A stretch of DNA of 63,709 bases, filler included, from Phoronis australis (Eukaryota; Animalia; Phoronida): the NCBI GenBank assembly GCA_002633005.1. It is 6 parts of 6 records of this genome, joined end to end, with 100 filler letters (N's around TTAATTAATTAA, not from the genome) between each part and the next. Parts side by side here need not be neighbours in the genome. Positions count along the whole stretch, not along the records: positions 1 to 18,954 come from NMRA01000679.1; 5 more parts are not named here. One strand, given 5' to 3'. Made by a program: the position numbers and the translations under genes. The notes under the pieces are model-generated. The model had not been told where the DNA came from and made no database searches. It saw only the letters and a program-made list of their open reading frames with translations. Positions 1-11,400 of the stretch are shown here, piece by piece. Each line of letters starts with the position of its first letter. Position 1 is the first letter of the stretch.

Positions 1-358
1 TGTCTTGTGTCATCTGTCTAAGTTGAAAACGGCAAAGACGAAAACTTGCTTTCGGCTCAAAATACTTCTCGAAGCGATCCCAAACTGTTGTCGGGTCTTC
101 TTGCTGTTCGGGCGTGAGGGACCAGGAATCAAAAATTTCAAGGGATCTGGGTCCCAGCCATAAGAGTATATAGCTCACTTTGGTCGCTGGCGATTGGCTG
201 GTGTACGCAGGAGTGCTGAGAACCAGGTTGCAATACCTCTTAAAATTTCGGAACGTTTTGGGTAAGTTGTCGGTTTTCCAATCAAAAGAGGGTGGTTTCA
301 CCCCAAGTAAATTGGAGCTGTGGAGCGTTGGTTGAGGGTTGTCCTCTCCGTCTGACAT
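1..358 (-). CDS. gag: Gypsy (Ty3/mdg4) LTR retrotransposon gag, N-terminus; ORF runs off window edge
   Basis: Uninterrupted frame from ATG 358 (context ccgccacgATG): MSDGEDNPQ...KPPSFDWKTDNLPKTFRNFKRYC...KVSYILLWLGPRSLEIFDSW...VWDRFEKYFEPKASFRLCRFQLRQMTQ, typical of invertebrate Gypsy gag; lies downstream of LTR and PBS. Confidence 0.88.
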   Translation of the reverse strand, partial: MSDGEDNPQPTLHSSNLLGVKPPSFDWKTDNLPKTFRNFKRYCNLVLSTPAYTSQSPATKVSYILLWLGPRSLEIFDSWSLTPEQQEDPTTVWDRFEKYFEPKASFRLCRFQLRQMTQD

Positions 359-506
359 CGTGGCGGTGTGGCGTTGGGGTATTGTAAAGTAAATTGGAAA
401 GAACTCACCGGTATGGCGATGTTTATTTAGGGTGAAAAAAAAATGCAAAAACCACAAGGCAGTGTTGAAATGGTGGTCTCCGCGTCAGGTGTGGGATCGT
501 CTCACG

Positions 507-518
507 CCGCTGCCACCA
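507..518 (-). promoter_or_regulatory. Primer-binding site (tRNA-Leu type)
   Basis: TGGTGGCAGCGG directly after the LTR terminal CA; complementary to the ...CCGCUGCCACCA 3' end of eukaryotic tRNA-Leu(AAG/UAG). Confidence 0.85.
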
Positions 519-696
519 TGTTGTGTTTCTATGCTGGTTTCGGACCAAAGATGAAGATCGATACGATTGTGACTAAGGCATTTATATTGAGAGTACAAGA
601 AACATCAACCGGAACAGGAAGTAGGTAACAGAGCATGCCTACTATACTAAGACACTGGTAGCGACATCTTTAGTTACTACTGACCATAACGTAACA
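519..696 (-). mobile_element. 5' LTR (178 bp) of the Gypsy element
   Basis: Minus strand begins TGTT and ends AACA, has an internal TATAAA, and abuts the PBS. Confidence 0.8.
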
Positions 697-1102
697 GGGG
701 GGGGGCGAATTCAGGTTCCGCTTTGGCCACAGCACCGTCAGGGCAGAAGTTGTACATTGACAATTATTATTTGAGTAATGCAAATGTAAATAAAGATTCC
801 CCTAACACCTGGCCGTGGGATGGAAATCGAGTTGTTTCACAACAGTTTCTGCCAGCAAACACTAATTAGCATGAGCTCACACGGCCTCGGTGTCCCGTCA
901 ATTAATTTTATTGCACCTAACGCAGGTAACGCAGTGATTTATTCATTGCTGCATGGCTTCTCAAATCATTTGCACTCACGAACACTCCAAAGGCATTACA
1001 AATTGCATCTAATGAGACAGACTTTGTTTCAGTTTTATATAAGTATTGGTTAGGATGAGAATAATTCATTTTGAAACACAACGCTCAGTAATAAACGCCA
1101 AC

Positions 1103-1668
1103 ATGGCAACTCGCAATCCCGACTTAGGACAAGCTAGAGCTCATCAGTCCTGACTGAGCAGGTGGATCGTTAAGTTTTACAGGCTATCAATTCGAATAGG
1201 AATACAGTGATGAAGAAATGCTAGAGAGGCGCCGTGAACAAGCAAAGACAACGGAATGTATGGAGTTAATTGGTAAGCCAGCATTCGTCACGCACTGTCG
1301 ACGTCTGCACGCCACAGACACGGAGATGTTTCACGCCGGGCCTCATAATTGCTATTTACAGCGTAAATTTCATTCTTCACTACCATGAGCCACTTCCTAA
1401 GCATTTCGGACTCTTGAAGAAGTAAAAAAAAACAATATACCTGCTTTCCTCGCAGCTGCTTAGTTTGGACAAGCGGGAACGATGCACCGCAACATAGCGA
1501 CATTCACTTTGTATATGAACCACTGACGTCGCTAGTGTCGTTTCTCACCTTCCTCACAGATTAACGCTACACCTCTTGGCAAGGTAAGGTCGACCGTATG
1601 CGAGGCGATGTGGATATAGACCGATTAAGATGGCAAAAAAGACTAATTAAATCGGGTGGCATTCTCCT
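1103..1668. mobile_element. Kolobok-like deletion derivative with convergent KolX-like (+) and THAP (-) remnants
   Basis: Terminus ...ATTCTCCT|TTAA (1668/1669-1672). Minus from ~1503: frameshifted RCIVPACPN...FF...EMLRKWLMVV (THAP start). Plus ~1181-1245: GYQFE*EYSDEEMLERRREQ, like the PYQFEPE start of KolX/P2X7-tail-like proteins. Other terminus not seen. Confidence 0.5.
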
Positions 1669-1789
1669 TTAAGTGACCAGTATTATGTCACTGTATAACA
1701 ATGAAGATCAAGAAAAATGAGAACAACTATTACAGGTTTAAAAGGATGTATATACATAGTGGACATCACTTCAGAGGTCGTTTAACATA

Positions 1790-3125
1790 GCGGATTCCTT
1801 TACAGATAAGGCAGTCAGTAAGCCGGTGCCCCAAATGGAGGCACCCCACTATGTTACTTCAGAAAGTCAAATAGGTTTCTGACAAAGATTATCAAGAGTA
1901 GGGACTGGTGTAATGTAGCCCAGCATTAGCTATTCCACTCCGTGACTGTTCTAGGAAAGAATGTCTTTTCCTGCAATCTGCCCTATTTATTGGAATACTA
2001 TAATTGGATGACCTTCTGGTGCAGATGCCAGAGACAGCAAAATCTGCAATAAGGCTGGCAACATCAGCGTTGATGATCACCAACTTCTTTATAAAACATT
2101 TTCAGTTGACAGATTTTGCGTCTGTGGCTGAGGGTGGGCCAGTTTAAGGTTTCTAACATTGAACCAACAGGGGATAGACAATTGAACCATTTCGCGACCC
2201 AGCAAGCATCTCTCCTCTGTACTTTCTCTACAGCTGAAACGTCTTTATGGGTATGAGGGTCCCAAACAGTAGAGGCATATTCCACGGTAGGACAAACCAT
2301 TGTTTTATACGCAAATCCTTACATCGTTGACTGCTTATACGCAAGTTTTACCGAAGAAAGCCCAGAGTTTTATTTGCTTTCTTCTGGATGTTGCTTCTTC
2401 TGTGGGATGACCATTTAAGGTCATGCAAGATGTTAATGCCCAAATATTTAGCCTCCTTGACCGAATTTAGTGTGAGATTGTGAAGTATACATAGGAGGTG
2501 GGCTGGATTTGGCGTTTTCTGGTCAGGGTGAGGGCACTACACTTGTCTGGGTAGAAAGCCATAAGCCACTTGTCCTCCCACAGAAAAAGACTATATAAAT
2601 CTTCCTGCAGAGCCCCTCTGTCAGCGGCTGTGTAGTAACAAATTGTCTCATCTGCAAATAGTCTGATGTTACCAGACAGGCCAAGGGGAATATCGTTTAT
2701 GTACAATAGGAACAAGCAGAGACCTAATATTGAGCCAGGGGCTACCCCAGACTCCACAGGTATTTTTGACGACTTCTTGCTTCTGACAATTTCAGTTTAT
2801 TGTGGTCGTCCAGTAAGGAAACTTGCGATCCAGTTGTTAACAGTACCTGATATACCGTATCAGTTTAATTTGTGGCTCAGTAAGTAGTACTTTACCTTAT
2901 CAAAGGCTTTACTAAAATCCATTGAGAGCATCAACACTATTACCTTTTTCAACGTGCTCACTAATCTCATCGATGAAGCCTAGCAATTGGATTATACAAG
3001 ACATTTTTGAACGGTATCCATGTTGTTCCGGACATATGATGTAGTTTGAGCCACAGTGCTCTAAAATTGTGTGGACAATTATACACCTTATACACTCTTT
3101 TCTTGAAAACGGGTTATGTTCGCAT
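1790..3125 (-). mobile_element. Degraded CR1/L2-group LINE, reverse transcriptase and 3' region
   Basis: Frameshifted motifs QHGYR, DFSKAFDKV, SGVAPGSILG.LFLLYINDI, IRLFADET (degenerate YADD box), KCSAL, PTVEYASTVWDPH...EKVQRR, LNWPTLSHRR. Confidence 0.9.
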
Positions 3126-3483
3126 TCCTGTATTCATACAGTGTGAATAAAACATTAGTGAAATCGGCCAGATGACGGCATGTTTGTACATGAATGTGCT
3201 TCAAGCACACAGCTATTAAACATTAGGCCTACTGAAGAAATGAAATAGTTGCTACTACGCCACTTGAATGATAAAGGCTAAAAATCGTTCATAGTCCATT
3301 TTCTCACTTTGTTTTAAAGCTAACCAATGACTCCAAGATTACATCAACCAATGATAAAGTGTGTGCTACTGCCTGCTACCTGCATGCTGACTACCAAGCG
3401 GCACGCAGGGAACCAGTGAGCCGCCCTACTAAGTGTTGTGGGCTAGCTATTTTTCCTTCTGTTAATACTGTTAAAAGCCTTAC

Positions 3484-3638
3484 CTTTGGCCAGAATATTC
3501 AACACAGCAACCGTCCCACACTTCATCCATTTGGCAATACCTCTGTTTCTCAGTGAGGTAGTAAGCACATCTCCCTTCAACTAGTCATCCTCGAAGATTT
3601 CCACGTTTCAACTTCGCCTTTCCTGCCGCAGCTGACAT
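3484..3638 (-). pseudogene. Disabled first exon resembling the TRM13/TRMT13 N-terminal CCCH zinc finger
   Basis: aacATG at 3638; MSAAAGKAKLKRGNLRG*LVEGRCAYYLTEKQRYCQMDEVWDGCCVEYSGQ followed by AG|GTAAG donor. Pattern resembles TRMT13 EGRCGYYVEKKKRFCRM...FCGEH. In-frame TGA, and the last His is Tyr. Confidence 0.5.
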
Positions 3639-3942
3639 GTTGTTTGGAACGGTACGCTATGGAAGCACACTACAGTTATTGCAGGATTTTGGCGGCTGAC
3701 ACACACCCAAGTGGAGACACGTCCTTATGTCACGTCCTTATCAAGAGTCTGAAAAAAACAAAAGGTTTTTTGGCGTTCCCAACTCAAAAGCACTACTCAT
3801 GATAACTTAAAACTTAATTCTGCTACAAATTTTTAATCAGTTAATTCACATCATCGGGAAAAATTTACTATTTCCCAGTATAGTAATAGCCGAGATTACC
3901 CGACCCGGGAATCGAACCAGCGATTCCCATAAAGCCGACAAG

Positions 3943-4719
3943 GGTAATTGTTTACAATGTGAGGACATTGACCTACACACATGATTTTGGTATCGTTCAA
4001 TTTCTCGCAACGTTATCTTTCCAAAAATATATGAATTTATCCCCTACTGCTTTTCCTCAATAATTTATCGTCGAATTTCGGTTCGCACTATTTCCCGGTT
4101 GACACCGCTTTGTTAGCTCAACTAAAGATTACAGCAACACCTGTTGTTAATGAATGAAACAGCATCATCGATTCTGAGTGGTATTTGCCTGCGTGAGATT
4201 CCTCCTAAAGTTTTCCTGACATAATATAGAGGAACAAGTAGCAGTATTTCACCTGTTCCAATTTTTTTATAATTGTAACCATTTGACCATTTTTCCACGA
4301 AATTGTCTGAAGTGAAACCAGTTTCTCCAATATGGACCTCAAAAACAACTTCCGCTTTTTTCGCGGTTTTGTGCTAACAGATGCGTACCAGGGTTACTAT
4401 AGGATCAAATTTGAACCCTTGGCACCATAACTCGGGCGGGGGATAGAGGAGTCTCGGTCAATTTGACCTTATATAAAGCGACGATCGATAGAAGTCGGTA
4501 GATTAGTTAAGTTTTTGACCGCCAGGTGACTTCTTCCATTCAACATGGCGGTATTACTACCGCGTACCGGGAAATAGTGCGAGCAGAAATTTCACGATAA
4601 AATATTAAGACAGGGTAGGAAGAATTTCTGTGTATTTTTGGAAAGATAACTTTGCAAGGAATCAAACGATACCAAAATCATATGTGTAAGTCAATGTCAT
4701 CATATTGTAAACAATTACC
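3943..4719. mobile_element. MITE with ~165-bp TIRs, Merlin-like
   Basis: GGTAATTGTTTACAAT... at 3943 mirrored by ...ATTGTAAACAATTACC at 4719; flanks CCGACAAG / CCGGCAAG form an 8-bp TSD with one mismatch; GG termini plus 8-bp TSD fit Merlin. Confidence 0.8.
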
Positions 4720-7071
4720 CCGGCAAGCGTGCTAATCATTCAGCTAATAGGCAATTGCCTGTTACTTTTAGCGAGTAGCTTAGAGAGGCTCATATGATTC
4801 ACCGGAAGCACATCTGTAGTCCGGATACTTATCGTCGTAAGGCTGCAAAGGTCGTTCGCCATCTTCTTTCGCGTGCAGCACAGCCACGCATGACTTAGCG
4901 TTCCAATTTGGAGTGCTCGTTTACACGTTAGGTACAAACTTCTTGAGTGGGAGAAACACGCATGGAAGAACTGAGACTAAAATTAATGTTTTTAGCGACT
5001 GTTTTTTGAGACCACTTAAAAACTTGTAGATTTTACTAATGCACTTTTTTGTTCATTTTCAGAAGATATTTTCGAAATTAAACTTTCTTCAGACAAAACA
5101 AAAAACAACTCAGGGATTTTTTATGCAATTTATCTGTTTGTCCCAGGCACTAACCGACACCTGTTAGGCCAAAGGAAAAAGGCAGCAGACAAATGGAACA
5201 CGCTGGGTGCTTAACAGTTTCAGCCCACGCCTTGGTCATCAAAATATTGTCCACTTGTTTTTTTATAGCAAAACAAAGTACTGAGCTCAACATTTATGTT
5301 GAAAATTTTGGTTAAAGCATTTTGAATTTATTTGAAGAAAATTAAAATACTTGAATTGATAGAGAATAGCCAGAACAGATTGAGCAATAAAATGCAAATG
5401 CAACCTGGGTATTTATTTATTTATTTATGATTTCAGAAGCCTGTTAAAGGTGAGAAAAAATCAACGACAATACGATATTGGGTAATTTATTAGAACAATT
5501 GTATCGAGGTTCAAAACTTACGCCGACAAAGTCTCAAAGGGTTACAGTTCTGTTTTGGCTGACAAAGGTGTTGACAGAGAATGAAGAGAAACTGAAAAGA
5601 AAAAGAAAGACAGCATAGATAAGTAGTGTTAAGAACAACAAGAGCAAAAAGTCAAATAAAGAGGTCACAAATACAAAATAAGTAAGACTATCTGGAATTA
5701 AACAATTGTGATTTATTTTCCAGAACTGAAATTATAAAACAATTTTAATCGATTTAAAAATCAATATCATACTAGTAAAACAGTTAGTGGTTGAAGCAGA
5801 ATTGCTGTAAACCACTTTCCACAATTTTCTTGGCCTTTTTCTGTGTGGTTTTCTGTTCTTTCACAAGGCGGCAGCATATGACGGCCATAGAAGTCATTAT
5901 AAAATGGCTGCCGAAAAGCAATGCACAGTCGAACAACTCGGCTTAAGTAAAAGAAAACGTTTCAATCAACAAATACTATATATTTGTGAGAATTAAATCA
6001 AATCCTATTCAGAGCATAACTGGGTGAATACGACAACAGGCCGGTTTTATGCTTAGGTGGACGACCATTGGGTTCCCGAGTATACAACACCAGCAAGTGC
6101 TAGAAAAAATATGACAACAGGTTCAGAATACTCGTCTTCTCTAGATTCTAAAACTGTGGTCATACCAGATACTTTTTTGGCAATTTTGAACTGTCACCTG
6201 AAATTGTAGCCGGTTTCTCGGACAGCAGGCGACAGGGGTTGAAAACAAACGAAAGCCACCGTTTTGCATCAAAAGTAGGTCACGGCTAAAAACACAAATA
6301 AATCAGTTTTCTGGCATTTTGTTTTCATCAAATTCCTCCAAAAAAAAAAACAGCCAAACCTGGCATACATCCTGCACATAAATTCTAGGGACTAGAAAAT
6401 GCCTCGTGGCTGCAACCTATCTGTTCAGTTTCACCTGAAACATCAGCTGCCGTGCCACGGCCAATCCGACTACAGCAACACCGAATTTCACTCGTAATTT
6501 GATACCAAGAGACCTGCTTGTTTATGGCCCGCAGCGTTTGCGCGCGAAACCTACTTTTTTGTAATGCTTAGTACAATTTTATATTTTGTGCAACCAGTTC
6601 GTAACAAATTTGTTGTGTTTAAAATAGTCGCCCAAAAGACCAAATCCGTTTTGCGTTGGCATTAATGACGCGATTGCTTTGGAAATCGTCTTAAGGTTTG
6701 ACAAAGAGAGAATTATGAGTTTCTGAGTGTTTCACTAAGGCTTCTATTACAATTCACATCATACCAGCAGCTTCTGTATTTTCATTGTCATTCAGATTCT
6801 ATTTTCTTTAAAAAGTGAAGTAATTTTCTTCATTGCAAAGTGAAGCAGACGACGGAAACGGAGTCGTAGTGCGCAGCTACCCTCTGACACAGCGCCACCT
6901 ATACTGCAAACTATACTGCACACTCTATCACAGTGCTAAACTTTCGTTTCCATATATATAGACAAAATAATCGTGTTCATTTTGATTGAAGCATGAAGAC
7001 AGATTGAGAACCCTATCAAAATAAGAAATCTTTTCGATATCTTACCAAATAAGAATTAAAAGGGGACCAGG

Positions 7072-7113
7072 GAAATTCATTATGTCAGCCACATAGCTGA
7101 CATAATGAATTTC
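7072..7113. repeat. Perfect inverted repeat (18-bp arms, 6-nt loop)
   Basis: GAAATTCATTATGTCAGC-cacata-GCTGACATAATGAATTTC. Confidence 0.95.
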
Positions 7114-7288
7114 TTAAAACATATACAACACGTAGAGTTTTACTTTATTTAGTGGTTGGGCAGAGATAATCACGGCTTTAATTTATATTAAAAAGTTGTT
7201 TAAAATATACAAAACGCATTTGAAAGTCAGGCAGCCAGGGGCTCAGTTCAATTTATTTCACTTTTGTACATGTATATAAATCGAAAAG

Positions 7289-8422
7289 ACAAGAGCAATT
7301 ACGGTGGAGAGATGAAATGCGCCCACGAATGCACCGTAAACGGATGTGCTTCGAGGACGGTTGTTGATTTCTATCATAGAAATGGCCACTAGATGGCGCA
7401 AAAACGTCCAATCCATCCGAAAATGGAAACACGCCATCACTTCTTTAATAGGAAGCTATTCACCAAAGTTCATAAAAAGCTGACATGGAACTACAGAGAA
7501 ACAAAGGAAAACGAAAAAGAAAATGAATTTGCCAGTAGAGGGCACAGCGTTCGGTAGATCGCCTGAAAGTCGTCGTCGTCTGTTGTTAGCATCATTTAAA
7601 TACGCTTAGTAAATTTAATAAAGATCCTGCAGTGGGTTTAGGAGATACAGCTATGGATGAAAACAAAACAAAATTAGAGGCGCCACAGAAGTCAGGGTCG
7701 TCATCGTTAACCCGTCTTCTTCACACTGAGAACATATACGCCAATTTTCAAAATCCAATGATTTGGCTGATGGAGAAGTGGGCGCTAAAAACAGCAAAAA
7801 TGGTCACTAAGTGTCGCAAAATACCTCGATTCCATCCGACAGCGTCATCTCACCAACAGTTGTTTATATTCCAAATTTTATGAAAATCCAATGAGGTCTT
7901 TGAATATACAGAGGTAAATGTAAACAAATACAAATTCCACAAGAGGGCACACCTGTAGTCAGTTCCTTTCAAAAGTCGTCAATTAAGTAAAGATCCTGCA
8001 CACTCATCCTTTTAGTGGTTTGGTTGTTAGAGGGGTGGACGCAAAAAAACATACTCGAAAACAGTAAAAATGGCCACTAGGTGGTGCAAACTACGTCGAA
8101 TCCATCCGAAAACGCAACAATAGCATCACCTCACTAATAGGTGCCTACATATTGAATTTCATGAAAATCCGTTCAGGACTTTTGAAGATACAAAGGTAAG
8201 CGTAAGAAACTAAAATTGCCACTAGGGGGCACAGCGGTAGTCGGATCCGTCTGAAAGTTCGCTCATGCTGTCCCATGAATAGAGCATATGTGCCAAATTT
8301 CATGAACGTATGTCAAAGGGTTTGGGAGATAGAGCAGCGGACACTGGATGCCACCCGGACGGATGGACGGACGGAGATGACGGCATAATGCGTCCACATA
8401 TAAATATGTGGGCGCATAAAAA
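7289..8422 (-). mobile_element. Helentron-associated interspersed element (HINE/DINE-1-like), best-preserved copy
   Basis: Minus strand: T-run, ATGCGCCCACAT...ATGTGGACGCAT hairpin, (GTCC)n microsatellite, ~130-150-bp internal tandem repeats, TGGGCGCAT subterminal repeat, ...GCTCTTGT end. This is the DINE-1/HINE layout. Confidence 0.75.
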
Positions 8423-11400
8423 TGGTTACTTTAGGTGGCACACTACGTCGAATCCATCTGAAAACAAGAGGATAGCATCATCTCACTAACAGATGCCTAA
8501 CTGCCAAATTTCATGAAAATCCGTTAAGGACCTCCGAGATACAGAGGTAAGGGTAAAAATTAAAATTGCCACTAGGAGGCACAGCTGTAGTCGGATAGGT
8601 GCGAAATTCGTTGTCGTCCATCGTCAGCTTCATAGGAACACGTGCCAAATCTCTTCAAGATCCTGTGAGGGGTTTAGGAAATACAGCTGCGGACGCCCAG
8701 AGATCAGATGACGACAATATGACATCACATAAAATTATGTGGGCACATAAAAACTGAGCCATCCTAGCACAGCACTCTGATTTTACTTTTGGTTTTGCAG
8801 TGAGAAATCGAAAAATCTCGGGGATTCTAGAAGGCATGCGCACAAATGCCAACCCCCGCCGGCACTCAGGGCAAGGGAATTGACTGACCGAGAAGTAGGA
8901 GTCAAGTATTCTACGCATTTGGGGACTTCCCCCAAATAAACGTGGTAACGTTAATTCTGGTACATTCCATTGAACAGACTGTTATGCTTTTACAAAAAGA
9001 ACCGATTCCTCCGGCAGTATCGTTTACCGGCGATCATAAGTCGGTCGTACCTTGAAATCATCCAACCGTCGGTAAAATTAAAACCATAAACAATTCTAAA
9101 AACAATCGGGAAGTCTACTAGTCCACACACGTCACGTATATGTAGGAATTCACGAAAACTCCACAAATTCCAGTCATCTTGGCCAGTATGCCACCGGTTT
9201 CGGGTTTTGTTCACTATCAGTGGTCCTAATCCAATTTTTCTTCCGTCACAGTTACAGATATTGCTACAGTATCGTGCTTTTATTTCTCACATTCTTGGTT
9301 GTTTGATCAACATTTCTTTATGTTGTGGTCAGGCACAGGCATTTGGATCATGGGGTTGAAGGTCGACGCCAGTTGAACAAAATGGTGAATTTCTGAGATC
9401 AGCCCCTACACAGAATCGAACCTGAAACCCCGAGGTTGCAGCCCAAACCTCTATTGTGGAGTTTAATTCCAGCAGATAAATGATATAGTATTTTAAGGTT
9501 ATATGTCCAACCTTATTGTCAAGTGTGGGTATTTAGACAAATATCAAGAAAACTAGATTTCAAGCAGTAAATATTTCCGAAATTAGATCGACTCGTCTTT
9601 TTTGTAAAATTTAGCCCAAAATTAAATAGGTAGATGCACAGGAAAACAACAATAACATGGCGATATTGAATTTGATATAAACGTTCCAGACGAAATCTTA
9701 AAACACTGACAGCTTTCTAAACTATCTTTTGGTTTTCAGCATTTTTTGTGGGTTTTCCTCCAAAATCGATAAAAGACCTATTTTCGATAGCCTCATATGC
9801 AATTGAGGAGCATTTGAAAAACAATCCTTACAATGTTTTGGAGAACAGTGCATAAAACATAGTCTGAAAGATTCATAGTTAAAAAACTTCAACAATTCCA
9901 ATGAAACAAAAAGTAATACACATCTTTGTAAACATGGTGGTTATTTAACATTTTAAAGCAAATCATGTTTCCTGTCAAAGCAAAAGTATCCAAGGCTGGT
10001 GACTTGTCCCAACCATGTGGAATACAAACATTAAAGACATAAGGGGTGCTCATTTTAAAGAAATATTTCCAGGACAGTTCGATCTACCTCAAAATCAACA
10101 TCAAATCAGTGGGATAATGATCTGCTCATTACTCAAAACACAAACTTCATGAAGATTCATCAAAAAAGTACTGGGTAGATATAGATGGTGACACTGACAA
10201 TTTGTCACTAGAGCACACAACAGCAGTAAGATTCAGCCAAAATCAGCACCTGCCATTCCTTTTAAATAGGAACACCAATGCCAAATTATTCAAAAAATTG
10301 GTAGGGTCCAAAGAACACTAAAACTGCCACTAGGGGTGCTACATCGTAGAACAGAACAAAAATTAAAGCCATCTTTCACAACCACAAACATTCTTCAAGC
10401 AATTTGGGACAAGGTGGCAGATGTCAAAACAGACACAAAAGTAGACATGAGCAACGCGAAGTGTTGATATGCGCCCATCAATGCACCGCAAATGGTGTGC
10501 TTCTAGAGTTGTTTATTTGCATTATAAAAATGGCTACTAGATGGGACAAAAACGTCCATTCCATCCGAAAACGGAAACACTTTTTAAATAGAAATGAATT
10601 AGAAATGTGTTCACCAAATGTCATAAAAATCTGTCCTGGAACTTCAGAGAAATGAATAGTAAACGGAAAAATGCAATTGCCACTAACAGCGTTCGTTGGA
10701 CCAGCCTGAAAGGCATCGTCTGTTGTTACCTTCATATAAACAGCCCTACTAAATTTAATGAAAATCCTGCAGTGGGTTTAAGAGATACAGCTATGGGAGC
10801 AAAAACGAAACAAAACAAAACTACCACTAAGAGGAGCCACAGGAGTCGAAGTCATCATCGTCAACCAGTCATTTTCACACTGAGAACATATACGCCAATT
10901 TTCAAAATCAACCATACAATGATTTGGTTGATAGATGAGTGGACGCCAAAAACAGACTGAAGGATAGCGTCATCTCATTAATAGATGCCTAATCGCCAAG
11001 TTTTATGAAAATCTGTCGAGAGCTTTCGCAGATACAGAGGGAAACGTAACAAAATAAAATTGCCACTAGAGGGCACACTTGTAGTCCATCGAAATTCGTG
11101 GTCATCCGTCGTCAGATTAATAGGTTATAAGATCACATATGTGCCGAATCTCATCAAGATGCTGTAAGGGATACAACTGCGGACGCCGGACGGACAGACT
11201 GAAATGACGGCAATAAGCGACCACATATAAATATGTGGGCGCTTAAAAATGGCCACTCGGGGCACAAAAAAGACCTCCTGTGAAAAAGAGCAGGTGTCAC
11301 AGTTTCCATCAGAAAAAAAATTATGCTATATTTCACGAAGATATATCAAGAAATTTGGAAGAAGTTGACTGACACATACGGGAAGAAAACATCATCTGGA

